A stretch of DNA of 64,000 nucleotides from positions 124,001 to 188,000 of the IMG/VR virus record IMGVR_UViG_3300046692_000091; one strand, given 5' to 3'. Both the position numbers and the translations under genes were made by a program. Every line of letters begins with the position of its first letter. Within the stretch, counting starts at the first letter, position 1. Shown piece after piece: positions 1-9,550 of the stretch. A model generated the notes under the pieces. That model saw only the letters and a program-made list of their open reading frames with translations. It had not been told where the DNA came from and ran no database searches.

Positions 1-297
1 AATGCTGTCAAATATGGTAATGGTCCACTGGCTGACAAATACCCCATCAGGGCCGTTAAGATTCTCCCTGAGTATGATGACATGCCCGACGGTAAGTATG
101 TACCGGAAGATGAAGATAGCCTCTCATACGACGTCTGGTGTAATGTCGCCAACGAATGTAGTTACATGGGTCGAGTGATGCCTTTCGCAGACCTTCGGAA
201 ATATGTACCCCCTCGCATGACCCTATACTGCGATAACCGCTTCTGCTTTAATGAAGACCAGCGTGTTGCTGGCATCAATCCAAAATCGACTCTCTAG
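1..297 (+). CDS. Hypothetical protein, 5'-truncated by window edge
   Basis: Frame 1 is open from base 1 to TAG at 297. Confidence 0.7.
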   Translation, partial: NAVKYGNGPLADKYPIRAVKILPEYDDMPDGKYVPEDEDSLSYDVWCNVANECSYMGRVMPFADLRKYVPPRMTLYCDNRFCFNEDQRVAGINPKSTL

Positions 298-306
298 AGA
301 ACCAAC

Positions 307-654
307 ATGGACGCCCTGCTCGCCATTGCCCCGTATTTCGAACTTTTCTTTCTGCTGTGTATTGGTCATGCTCTTACTGACTTTGCTTTAATGAGTCAGT
401 GGATGCGTGAGGACACAGATAACCATCCCTACAGTTTTGCTTTACCTGCACACAGTTTGATCAGTGCATTGCCGGTGTACGTGGTAACAGGGTCCGTAGT
501 TCTCGCGTTGGCAGAAACGATCAGTCACTTCGTAATCGATTGGATGGCTCTCAGTGGGCGTATCGATGGATGGCAGAATCAATTACTGTTGATCAGTACC
601 AAGGTTATTTGGGTTGGACTGCTTGCTTTAGAACTTCCATTCCTAATGGAATAA
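307..654 (+). CDS. DUF3307-like membrane protein
   Basis: GHALTDF...H...SHFVIDW His/Asp motifs within hydrophobic helices. Confidence 0.65.
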   Translation: MDALLAIAPYFELFFLLCIGHALTDFALMSQWMREDTDNHPYSFALPAHSLISALPVYVVTGSVVLALAETISHFVIDWMALSGRIDGWQNQLLLISTKVIWVGLLALELPFLME

Positions 655-660
655 ACATAA

Positions 661-678
661 GCCTCCCTTCGGGGAGGT
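661..678 (+). terminator. Intrinsic terminator
   Basis: gcctccc-ttcg-gggaggt hairpin plus T-rich tail. Confidence 0.85.
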
Positions 679-715
679 ATTATGCTATTTCTTTTATTCA
701 AACCTTTTATAAGGC

Positions 716-723
716 TATATTAC
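716..723 (+). promoter_or_regulatory. phiKZ-type early promoter TATATTAC
   Basis: Motif with upstream AAAC-TTTT tract, intergenic, after a terminator; recurs 9 times. Confidence 0.8.
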
Positions 724-761
724 TTTCCTGACAATCAGTCAAAAAAGCTAAGGAGCTTCAC

Positions 762-1100
762 ATGAGTTTTGTTAAAACCAGCGTTACCCTGGCAATCGGT
801 GCCGTGCTCGGCGTAGCACTAAAATACGCCAAAGATTTCAATGATGGTCGTAAGACTGTCACCCATCATAGTGCGAGATATCGCGCTATGTTGGAAGCCT
901 CCCTACCGGGCTTAAGGGTAGATGCAGATCTTGACGGCGGTGACGCTGCTAAGATCTGGGAGCAGGGCGTCTCCTCGATTGTCTTCGGACAATTTTTCGG
1001 GGAGGCGGATGCAACCCGTTATCCGATCTGGGTTAAAGATCGGATTGGTGAAGAGCTTGAGGCTCTTTATCACGAATTCAAAGTTTACAAGCCAGCATAA
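762..1100 (+). CDS. Hypothetical protein with N-terminal hydrophobic segment
   Basis: SD aaggag; 112 aa ORF. Confidence 0.8.
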   Translation: MSFVKTSVTLAIGAVLGVALKYAKDFNDGRKTVTHHSARYRAMLEASLPGLRVDADLDGGDAAKIWEQGVSSIVFGQFFGEADATRYPIWVKDRIGEELEALYHEFKVYKPA

Positions 1101-1106
1101 ATAACT

Positions 1107-1126
1107 GCCTACCCTTCGGGGTAGGC
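1107..1126 (+). terminator. Intrinsic terminator
   Basis: gcctaccc-ttcg-gggtaggc plus T tract. Confidence 0.85.
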
Positions 1127-1207
1127 TTCATCCTTATTTTTTTTTTTGTTCGCTATTCATGTTCAATCCCATGTAGCATATAAGAAACCCCATTAAAGGA
1201 GGGGGTC

Positions 1208-1690
1208 ATGGTTATCACGCACAATACCGTTGCAGAGATCGATGAGCAAACGCTTACCGGTTTGCCAATTGGATATTACGGAAAAGCAGATGACTTAACT
1301 GCTATTCCGCGGATGCTGGGCGATTGGAACATTCGCACTATTGGGGATACACGTTGCCCAGGTACTGGGTACATTGTCTCTGTGCCATCAAATGCCAGAA
1401 CTCGTGTTATCTACATAGAGGGGCGGATAACGTGGCTTAAAGCGCTAGGGTTTACACAGGAGCTTGCTGTACGTTATATCCGTGCCAGTATGGTAGTGAG
1501 TCGAAAGTGGGATCACGAAGTAGCATTGTTTGTTTTGAACAACATCAAAATAGATGAGTTTGTGTTAGACCTAATGTTGTATAGCAACAACCCTAAAAAG
1601 GTTGGTGAGCAACATGACATCTATACACGAAGCCCTCGTGGGAAAGTGTTAGCGGGATGTCAGATCCTGAAAAACATTATATCACTATAA
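1208..1690 (+). CDS. Hypothetical protein
   Basis: SD aaggaggg; 160 aa ORF. Confidence 0.8.
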   Translation: MVITHNTVAEIDEQTLTGLPIGYYGKADDLTAIPRMLGDWNIRTIGDTRCPGTGYIVSVPSNARTRVIYIEGRITWLKALGFTQELAVRYIRASMVVSRKWDHEVALFVLNNIKIDEFVLDLMLYSNNPKKVGEQHDIYTRSPRGKVLAGCQILKNIISL

Positions 1691-1693
1691 ATA

Positions 1694-1713
1694 GGTCTCC
1701 CTTCGGGGAGGCT
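1694..1713 (+). terminator. Intrinsic terminator
   Basis: ctccc-ttcg-gggag hairpin plus T tract. Confidence 0.8.
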
Positions 1714-1763
1714 TTATTTTGCCTCCTTATTAATATGATCAATATTTTATCAAGAGAATATAA

Positions 1764-2198
1764 ATGGCCAACCACTTCATAGATTGCGAATTTGAAGACT
1801 CCACTCGTACGCTATTGTCACTCGCTATTGTAAGCGAATGCGGACAACGCGAGTTTTACGAAGTTCTACCTTATTCGCAGACACAAGAACAATGGGTATG
1901 TGAAAACGTAATCCCTATCTTGCAGAAAGCACCAATCACATATGAACAGTTCCAGGCTAAACTGGAAACATACATGCACCAATTCCCTGGCATGACCATC
2001 ATCGCAGATCACATCAATGACATAGCGTATTTCTCCCGCGCTCTAGATAAAGGCATGGGTAAACGAATTCGCATACAGCCATTGATAATGATTGTTGATG
2101 ATGAACTGTCCGCTAAGAAATCCAAGATTCTTCACAATGCTCTCTTCGATGCTCGGGCTATCCGCGATAGTTTCTTGCAGCGAGAGGGTCTGATGTAA
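1764..2198 (+). CDS. DEDD-family 3'-5' exonuclease (Rv2179c/DUF5051-like)
   Basis: FIDCEF (ExoI), D in HINDI, HNALFDA (ExoIII). Confidence 0.7.
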   Translation: MANHFIDCEFEDSTRTLLSLAIVSECGQREFYEVLPYSQTQEQWVCENVIPILQKAPITYEQFQAKLETYMHQFPGMTIIADHINDIAYFSRALDKGMGKRIRIQPLIMIVDDELSAKKSKILHNALFDARAIRDSFLQREGLM

Positions 2199-2217
2199 CA
2201 CCTACTGGAAGTATCAC

Positions 2218-2871
2218 ATGTCTAAAAATTTTAACCGTATGACTTCACGCCCTAACCGAAAGAATCGTCCTGAGACTCTTTTGCGTTTGCTGATGTCTAC
2301 ATCGTATCCACATTCTACTCTGGCTGATTTGATGTTTGCCTTCTCTCGTCATTCTGGTCCCAAAGACCAGGAAGAAGAAGATGGTATTGCTGATGAGATG
2401 ACCGCTGTTGAACGTCAATTCGGTATGACTGACTTTATCCGTACTGTTGAAGTATTGCGTAATAAAGACCAAGTCACTATCGTTATCCGTACTCTGGATT
2501 TCGATCCTAGTGTTCGTGAGATCATCGACAACAATCAAACCCACATCGAACTAGCTCGTGTTGCATTCTATCTACCTTCGGCTGATACACAACTGACCGA
2601 TCTAGATGCTTTAGCGGAACTGTTGATTACTATGTTCCGTAAGGCACAGCAAGACAATATCCGCACTGACCGGAAGTGGCGACTGCGTCAACGTCCTACC
2701 GCTAATGGTAATGCTAAGCTAGGGAATGCAGAAGTACCTGCCGTAGAAGAGTCTATTGATCACCGTACAGCCGTAGCTCTGCTGACTGCCTCCCTAAGCA
2801 AGCAACGGTTCCATGTAGTGTTGACACATAACACTATTCTGTTGTTCGACCAACAGCGCAGTTTGAAATGA
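2218..2871 (+). CDS. Hypothetical protein
   Basis: 217 aa ORF with phage-typical codons. Confidence 0.8.
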   Translation: MSKNFNRMTSRPNRKNRPETLLRLLMSTSYPHSTLADLMFAFSRHSGPKDQEEEDGIADEMTAVERQFGMTDFIRTVEVLRNKDQVTIVIRTLDFDPSVREIIDNNQTHIELARVAFYLPSADTQLTDLDALAELLITMFRKAQQDNIRTDRKWRLRQRPTANGNAKLGNAEVPAVEESIDHRTAVALLTASLSKQRFHVVLTHNTILLFDQQRSLK

Positions 2872-2878
2872 CATAAAC

Positions 2879-2899
2879 GCCTCTCCCTGAAGGAGAGGC
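2879..2899. terminator. Hairpin terminator between convergent genes
   Basis: gcctctcc-ctgaa-ggagaggc between + and - stop codons. Confidence 0.7.
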
Positions 2900-2908
2900 A
2901 ATATGCCG

Positions 2909-4840
2909 TTAACCTAAAGCGGTACTCGCAGCACCAATAATCCAGTGGTTAGCTGCAGGGCGAGTATTGTTAATTCCTCGACCTAAACCAAACAACTGAT
3001 TCGCTTTCTGTGAATGCAATGTCCAAACCATCTTCAGATCATCCCACCAATAAACATCATTAGTGCTAGCTACAATAGCTGCTATTCCTTTAGTTGGGTT
3101 GGCAGGTTTTGCTGCAGTCCAATCCGCTGGAGTTGTTGCTACCCACAATGAACAATCTGCCAAAACAGTCTTTGTAAAGGGTAACCGCATTTTCCCCATG
3201 TTGCGCCACCAATGATTCGGTGAGCTAACATTTCGTTCCGGCGCATTTGCGAACATTGAGTTAGCATACCGCAATAGGTCTGCTAGAATCAATACATCCG
3301 TAAATCCAGTGTAATCAGGAGCGCTGCGGAGTGCTTTAATGAATTGTGGGATACTACCAGAAGCAGCAGTGATTGCAGTCAAGTCAGTGGCCGTAATGGT
3401 CGTAGTTACTTTAAACTCGAATGGTTCTCGAACAAAGAAACCCACAGTGTCATTATTAGCTATTGGCATGCTCTGGATATTGCCACCACTAAACAACTGA
3501 TAAACCGTGTTATCATTCGTGTAAGCAAAGTGTCCCTGTAGGACATCATTACGGATGATATCGCCCGTCATGGTTAGAGAGCTGTTACTGCTGTTTTTGA
3601 TCGTGTAGTCAAATGCACGCCGAATCGTATTAGTTGCCGGTGTTAGCAAATGACTCATGCCATCATACATTTTAATATCTGATGGATCGATGATAATGAA
3701 CTTCATTGGCTTGGTGATAATCTCACCAGTTTCCATCTGCACCAGTACGTTAACCCGGTAAGTACCTGCGGTGTTCATTGTTGCTACGTAAGGCTGTGTA
3801 GGATCTACTTGATCGTTTGGATAAAGATCAGGGATGATTAATGATTCTGAACCACCGGCATAGATGAAATCTGAGTCGGCTAAGTTAGCCAGCAGTGGGT
3901 GATCTTCTGGAGGGCCAGGTAAACCAATTTGACGACGGATCTCGCCTACTTGTACAGGTGATCGGTCAACGTTACCAGAAAAGTAGGCCCCAAAGTACTT
4001 GGCAACTTTTGTAGCATCATGAGTAAAGATACCGTCTCGTGCAACCGCATCCGCAATACTGGTGTAGTTATCAGTACTATGGTCGGTAATAATGATCACA
4101 CCATTACCAGCAATACGGTAAGCGGAAAGATCAGAAGCCATTCGTTCAGTGATGTTTGAACCACCGACCAATAGACCAGCCGACGACATAAACAACACGA
4201 GTGCAAATTGATCGAAGTACGAATACGCTAAGTCTAATGTACCTCCACCATTTGTGGTCATGTCGTAGTAAGTTGGGATATGCCCAGTCACACGACAAAC
4301 GGCATCAAATGAATCACGGAAACCGTATTTATCCCCATCGACATGTTGGCCAGCAGCTGGGTTATAGTGCGAGGCTACGACGTTGTAGTTCGCATCACGT
4401 AAACAGTTGTTTACGATAAGAACCTTCTTATTACCTGCAGCTACCTTCCGTGGGTTAGAACAGAAGTTGAAAGCGTTTGCCAGATACTTGGATGCTGCAG
4501 TCAATGCTGCGAATGTAGCGGGTGGTGTAGTAGGCCATACCCCTGGGGTGGACTGCAATTGAATGTTGTAGAACTTAGGAAAGCCCCCATCATAAACTAC
4601 GTTGCCTTTACCATCCTGCGTAACCGCCATGAAAGGCCGCTGTACTTGCGGCCCAGATGGATCAGCTGCACCATTGGTGATCTTAGTTGATCCGACGTCA
4701 TACGCCAAAATCTCAGAAAGAATTGGAGCACGATCATCACGAGTGACGATCGCTTTCCGGACACCTACTGGGAACGTGACTGTAACGGTTCTTGCCCCTT
4801 GGTACCAGCCCGGTTCTAGAGACGTAATTATATCCGCCAT
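2909..4840 (-). CDS. Putative virion structural / tail-fibre-associated protein
   Basis: 643 aa, T/A/N-rich beta-type sequence, DGGFPKFYN segment, within - strand structural-like block. Confidence 0.55.
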   Translation of the reverse strand: MADIITSLEPGWYQGARTVTVTFPVGVRKAIVTRDDRAPILSEILAYDVGSTKITNGAADPSGPQVQRPFMAVTQDGKGNVVYDGGFPKFYNIQLQSTPGVWPTTPPATFAALTAASKYLANAFNFCSNPRKVAAGNKKVLIVNNCLRDANYNVVASHYNPAAGQHVDGDKYGFRDSFDAVCRVTGHIPTYYDMTTNGGGTLDLAYSYFDQFALVLFMSSAGLLVGGSNITERMASDLSAYRIAGNGVIIITDHSTDNYTSIADAVARDGIFTHDATKVAKYFGAYFSGNVDRSPVQVGEIRRQIGLPGPPEDHPLLANLADSDFIYAGGSESLIIPDLYPNDQVDPTQPYVATMNTAGTYRVNVLVQMETGEIITKPMKFIIIDPSDIKMYDGMSHLLTPATNTIRRAFDYTIKNSSNSSLTMTGDIIRNDVLQGHFAYTNDNTVYQLFSGGNIQSMPIANNDTVGFFVREPFEFKVTTTITATDLTAITAASGSIPQFIKALRSAPDYTGFTDVLILADLLRYANSMFANAPERNVSSPNHWWRNMGKMRLPFTKTVLADCSLWVATTPADWTAAKPANPTKGIAAIVASTNDVYWWDDLKMVWTLHSQKANQLFGLGRGINNTRPAANHWIIGAASTALG

Positions 4841-4848
4841 GTTTTAAC

Positions 4849-5211
4849 TCACTTCAAGACAGGTTCAGTGATACGGGCATGATAAGTCACAGCTGCACTG
4901 TGGTTATTACGAATAGTAATCTTACCATCAGCAGCTATTGCAAAGTCTAATACAGCTGTTGCTTGTACGACAGGTGGATTAGGGGTAACGAATGGATCGA
5001 CCATCCGTAGTTCAACACCTACTGAATAGATATAATGCGTAGTAGCGTTATAACCGATAATACCAGGTGCATCATAAACAACTGAGTTATTTGCTGGGAC
5101 AGAACCGGTGATGTAGCGGAAACGTCCGCCAGCGCCAACTCCACCCGCCTCGATTTTTGCAAACCAGTTATTGATCTCAGCGATCATTTGGTCTTTTGTC
5201 ATTGCAGCCAT
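4849..5211 (-). CDS. Putative tail-associated structural protein
   Basis: N-terminal amphipathic helix like its neighbours; beta-rich C-terminus. Confidence 0.5.
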   Translation of the reverse strand: MAAMTKDQMIAEINNWFAKIEAGGVGAGGRFRYITGSVPANNSVVYDAPGIIGYNATTHYIYSVGVELRMVDPFVTPNPPVVQATAVLDFAIAADGKITIRNNHSAAVTYHARITEPVLK

Positions 5212-5234
5212 TAGGGAATCCCTTAATAATACCG

Positions 5235-5669
5235 TTACCCGATCAAGGTTAATCCGGTGGTCATGAATCGTTTGAATTCACCGTACTTGTCTGTGGTCCA
5301 CACATAAGCATTCCATGGACTATAGTAGACACGTGTTTGGCGAACCCATGAGTAGTAGTTTGTGGGTGATGCTGTCCATGTATTCGTCCCTTGGTCATAT
5401 GTGTGGATCTGTAACGATGTTCCATCGACTACATAGATACCTGCACGCGCAACATCGCCCACAACAGCAGCTTTAGCACCAGCTAATTCTGTTGGGGTAG
5501 TTGCGATCTGCATGTAGGGAACCATGTAGTCATTATAAAAGGAGAATGTACCTTCCGAGTTATCGAAGTACAAACCATTACCTGTATTACCGCCTGTTTT
5601 GGTAAACAGATTAATGATCTTATTAAAGAAGTTACCGATCTCTGTTACCATAGATGCTTTAGTAGCCAT
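5235..5669 (-). CDS. Putative tail-associated structural protein
   Basis: N-terminal helix plus Trp/Tyr-rich C-terminal module shared with neighbours. Confidence 0.5.
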   Translation of the reverse strand: MATKASMVTEIGNFFNKIINLFTKTGGNTGNGLYFDNSEGTFSFYNDYMVPYMQIATTPTELAGAKAAVVGDVARAGIYVVDGTSLQIHTYDQGTNTWTASPTNYYSWVRQTRVYYSPWNAYVWTTDKYGEFKRFMTTGLTLIG

Positions 5670-5677
5670 GTCATACC

Positions 5678-6073
5678 TCAGGTACTCGGGGTGGTAGTAT
5701 TAACGTGATAACAAACGAAAGAATCAGCAAAGTAATATACCAGGCCATTGTTACGCCCTATCACCAACGAGTTGATTCTTAGAAACGCTTTTCCCCCAGT
5801 GTAAGCACTAGATACCCAGCTTCCGGATGCCTTAGTCCAATACGTAGAGGTACGGACATCTAAGAAGTCAACCGTACCGGCTTGCAACGTGGTAACTTCA
5901 GCATTCGATGTAGCTAGGTTATAGATTGACATTGGCATGCCAGCTATAAACTGCATACCACTGGCATTTGTTGTGCCCACCACTAATGTAGTACTGGTAG
6001 GAATAGCTAATAGCCGATCCGTGATCTTCTTCAGTGTGCCAGTCATGCTGGTGACGAATTCTGTTAGCGTCAT
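5678..6073 (-). CDS. Putative tail-associated structural protein
   Basis: Same architecture (DVRTSTYWTKASGSW module). Confidence 0.5.
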   Translation of the reverse strand: MTLTEFVTSMTGTLKKITDRLLAIPTSTTLVVGTTNASGMQFIAGMPMSIYNLATSNAEVTTLQAGTVDFLDVRTSTYWTKASGSWVSSAYTGGKAFLRINSLVIGRNNGLVYYFADSFVCYHVNTTTPST

Positions 6074-6075
6074 GA

Positions 6076-7128
6076 TTATAACCTGTACAGTTTAGTAGTT
6101 GAGTCCATGTAGAAGAACTTACCAGTTGTTGTATTTTGGTGAGTCCATTCTGGAACCAACAGGTCGCTAGCAATCAACGATGCTTTAGTGCCAGTGAACT
6201 TGGTCCAGGTACCTGCCGAATATGTCCACTTAGACCAGTCTCGAACATCGACAATAGGTAGTCTGTTATCAGGGCGTTGAAATACCTTCCATGTCGCATT
6301 TTGTTGAGACATAGCGCTATAACCGAATGACTGCGGCCCACGGAACACAGCTAGTTCTGGGTCAGCACTAAGATCAATAATAACCTTAGCTGCTGGTACA
6401 TATACCGAACTACCTACCTGAGACGTCTCAACGGTAATGATATCTTTCACACGGGTAATTTTCACGCGACAACCAAGTGGCTGTAGCGACCATCCGCCAT
6501 TCCCATTATTTGCTGCTGGGCCTGTAGCCACCACACCATTCATCCAGGTCAATCCACCCAGTACTTGGGCAACATTGTAGCGGCCAGTATCGAAACCATT
6601 ATAGTCTTTGTCGATGATCATTGGGGCACGACCATTGCCTCCACGCATTACTGACAACGTGTGTGTTGTCCCATCCGTTGGGTCTAGTGCATAAGCGATA
6701 ATCAGACCTACGAAATCATCGTCACCATTATTAGACGAAAGCTGTGCTTCGAATACATAGTCCTCGTATTTCTCCGGGGAGACAAAACCCACAACAGATG
6801 CAGAGTTTACCGCGCATGAGATACTATCGGTACCTGAATCATAAGTCCATGAATCTAATTCGGCTGGGTTAAATGTATCGGTGTAAGTAAGACCACCCCG
6901 ACTGATCCGCTTCCACCATTTAAAAACACTTTGGAAAGATTCTGTCACACCTTTCTGAGTAGCCAGTTCACTATCGTTCTCAACAATAGAACTTTGCATG
7001 AACGCCGAACGCCCACTGAATTTCCCATCGGCAGTAGTTACCAGTAGATTGTTCTTCTGGTTTACAGGTACAGTCAGTCTATCTTTTACTTCGGTGGTGA
7101 AATTGGCAATGTCTGTTTGGTAAGTCAT
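6076..7128 (-). CDS. Putative tail fibre protein with lectin-like (ConA/TSP-C-like) domain
   Basis: YVFEAQLSSNNGDDDFVGLIIAY resembles DDD-containing L-lectin folds; C-terminal DVRDWSKW module. Confidence 0.5.
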   Translation of the reverse strand: MTYQTDIANFTTEVKDRLTVPVNQKNNLLVTTADGKFSGRSAFMQSSIVENDSELATQKGVTESFQSVFKWWKRISRGGLTYTDTFNPAELDSWTYDSGTDSISCAVNSASVVGFVSPEKYEDYVFEAQLSSNNGDDDFVGLIIAYALDPTDGTTHTLSVMRGGNGRAPMIIDKDYNGFDTGRYNVAQVLGGLTWMNGVVATGPAANNGNGGWSLQPLGCRVKITRVKDIITVETSQVGSSVYVPAAKVIIDLSADPELAVFRGPQSFGYSAMSQQNATWKVFQRPDNRLPIVDVRDWSKWTYSAGTWTKFTGTKASLIASDLLVPEWTHQNTTTGKFFYMDSTTKLYRL

Positions 7129-7137
7129 GTAAAGTCC

Positions 7138-9255
7138 TTACCGCATCCATCCTGGAACGCGGTTGATTAGTTTGGGGAATTCGAATTGCTTACGATCAAC
7201 ATCTAAATCGAATTGTTCGAAAGCTTTTTGGAGAGTACCCATCATCAGACGATGTTCGTCAAACTCTTCTGGGTGTTCTTTGGAGAAGGATTCAAATGCT
7301 TCCTTCTGTTCAAACGGTGACTTGATACCTGTGATCTCTTCTACCATGGATTGTGACCATGCCAGGATGTCTGCGGAACGAGTAGAGATGTTAGGCGCAT
7401 CGCCTGTGTCGAGGACAGCAGTGAATACCACGGTTTGTGAATCTTGTCCGATACGGTAGATACGTGCGATCGCCTGTTCCAGAATATAGCTACGGAAAGG
7501 AGAGTTCAGAATCAACATCGTGTCTGCCATGGTCAAACGCACAGCGGTTGCTAGGGAGGCATAAGTAGCCAAGAGCGGGTTGAGTTTAGGTTCCTTATCA
7601 AAACGAGCCACAATAGATGCCAGTTCGTTAGAGGTCTTACCGTAGACTGCAATCGGAGTCATACCAAGTTTGCGTACATGTACGTCTGATACTTCGAGGG
7701 CTTCCACGAAAGAAGTAAACATGATGGTCTTCTTTTCAGTTGACTCAACAATACCTACCCAGTCTACATGCGGAACCATTGCAACGTGGCACTCAATACG
7801 TTTACCACCCAAGATACGACCTAGTGTCTCACCTTGGATCTTCAGCATCGGATATTTAATGGCCGACTTAACATCTCGGAATTCGTGAATCATTGACTGT
7901 GGTAGTGACGGACCGAATAGTGCCTTCTCGTATTTGTTGGTAGCCTTAATCTCTTCGCCAGTAAAGCGTGGATCAGGGTTAGCAATAACGATCTTCAGTA
8001 CACGTCGATATTCATTGTAAGCAGCAATCTGATCTTTGGTACGCAGTTGTGATTCATGGATGCGTAAGTATTCCGCCCACTTCTTATCGTCCGCAGGCTT
8101 CCGTTCTTTATAGAACTTAACTCGTTCGCGAATGAATGCCTCCATCACAACCTTAATAGCTTCCAACGTAAAGTCGTTACCATTGGGTACCTGGATCTTG
8201 TATGGTTTCATGATCGGTGGCTTGAGACCAGTATCTTCTTCAGTCTTAGCGATAAAGAAGGACATGAAACCCATTCGATGACGGATGATGTCTAAGCCCT
8301 TGCCACCTTCCTTACCAAAGATGAGTCGGAAGCGTGCTTCTACTTCCGCAGTAAACAATGGGTCAGCAACAGACATCAATGTAATAAGTTCAGCACCTAA
8401 TGCTTTCACCGGTGTACCGGAAGCTAGAACGTTATCCTGGGAACCCAGTGCCTTCACACAAGCGATGTAAAGTTGCGTCTGTAGGGATTTGCCATCGTTC
8501 ATGTTGTGGCATTCATCTAAAGCCGTGAAGATCCGTTTACCTTTGAATACACCAGACTGGATAATGTCTAAAAAGTTCGATAGCCACTGATAGTGAACGA
8601 TGATGATTCGTTCTCCTTTATAGGGCTGTCCAGATGAAGACGACCAAACGGATTGCTTCTTCTTATACATCTCATCCATGGACGGAACCCAGACCGTGTC
8701 TACAGCTCTCTTCTCACAGAAGAAGACCATGTGGTCCGCATTCAACATCTCACCGATAGCGGTACACATGTACGTCTTCCCGACGCCTGGCTCCGCGTGC
8801 AGCAAGTCACCAACTAATCCCCACTGGTCCAATCGAGTATTGTAGGATTTGAAGTAATCCATTTGTTTTGGGTTAGCAGTGAACTTTAAGTTATCCAGGT
8901 TACCGAAGTCTAAACGACCAGCAGCTGATGGATCAGGTTTAGCAAAGGCTTTACCTACCCATGTGGATTCCAGCATAGCGGCACGAATAGCAGCAGCTGT
9001 CTTCACTGAGATATAACGGGATCGGTATTGCATCACACTATCGAGAATATAAAGGAAGTCAGGAGCAAAGAACTTATAGAACCTTAACTCTGTTCCGGAA
9101 GCATGGTTAAAAATGTTAGCCGCGATCCGCGTAGTTTTCCAATGCTTGGAGATATCCCGAACGAGATGGTTTCCGTTGATACCGGAAATGATGATTTCAT
9201 TGCCCTGTTCTTTGACAGTAACGACGCCCATCAAACGTCTGAAATAGCTTTGCAT
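7138..9255 (-). CDS. SF2 (SNF2-like) helicase/ATPase
   Basis: Walker A EPGVGKT, DECH, SGTP, motif VI QAIARIYRIGQ. Confidence 0.9.
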   Translation of the reverse strand: MQSYFRRLMGVVTVKEQGNEIIISGINGNHLVRDISKHWKTTRIAANIFNHASGTELRFYKFFAPDFLYILDSVMQYRSRYISVKTAAAIRAAMLESTWVGKAFAKPDPSAAGRLDFGNLDNLKFTANPKQMDYFKSYNTRLDQWGLVGDLLHAEPGVGKTYMCTAIGEMLNADHMVFFCEKRAVDTVWVPSMDEMYKKKQSVWSSSSGQPYKGERIIIVHYQWLSNFLDIIQSGVFKGKRIFTALDECHNMNDGKSLQTQLYIACVKALGSQDNVLASGTPVKALGAELITLMSVADPLFTAEVEARFRLIFGKEGGKGLDIIRHRMGFMSFFIAKTEEDTGLKPPIMKPYKIQVPNGNDFTLEAIKVVMEAFIRERVKFYKERKPADDKKWAEYLRIHESQLRTKDQIAAYNEYRRVLKIVIANPDPRFTGEEIKATNKYEKALFGPSLPQSMIHEFRDVKSAIKYPMLKIQGETLGRILGGKRIECHVAMVPHVDWVGIVESTEKKTIMFTSFVEALEVSDVHVRKLGMTPIAVYGKTSNELASIVARFDKEPKLNPLLATYASLATAVRLTMADTMLILNSPFRSYILEQAIARIYRIGQDSQTVVFTAVLDTGDAPNISTRSADILAWSQSMVEEITGIKSPFEQKEAFESFSKEHPEEFDEHRLMMGTLQKAFEQFDLDVDRKQFEFPKLINRVPGWMR

Positions 9256-9329
9256 GGTTGTACCCTTGTTCTTTATTAAAAGTCATAAGATTAGCCTTCG
9301 AGGAAATAAATACTTTGTGCGTGATAATA

Positions 9330-9450
9330 TAGACGAGGATACGTGCGGAATGCACATATCACGAGGAGGTGATCCAGTCGTTAATCCCAACCAGGTGAGT
9401 CACCAACTATGACTGTGAAGTCACAGAGACCTAACTACGAGCCTTGTCTA
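9330..9450 (+). ncRNA. Candidate structured non-coding RNA
   Basis: 9-bp closing stem tagacgagg/ccttgtcta (one G-U), internal hairpins, downstream terminator, no ORF of 60 aa or more in the track. Confidence 0.35.
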
Positions 9451-9465
9451 CTTCAGACCTCTAAT

Positions 9466-9484
9466 GGCCACCTGCGGGTTGGCC
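9466..9484 (+). terminator. Intrinsic terminator
   Basis: ggccacc-tgcg-ggttggcc followed by ttt. Confidence 0.65.
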
Positions 9485-9515
9485 TTTATGTCCTTACTCC
9501 ATGAAATCTTAAATC

Positions 9516-9523
9516 TATATTAT
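9516..9523 (+). promoter_or_regulatory. Early promoter variant TATATTAT
   Basis: Within a 36-nt block 34/36 identical to the promoter at 19158-19193. Confidence 0.7.
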
Positions 9524-9550
9524 CGTAGTGTCCCCCAATAGGAAAACAAA

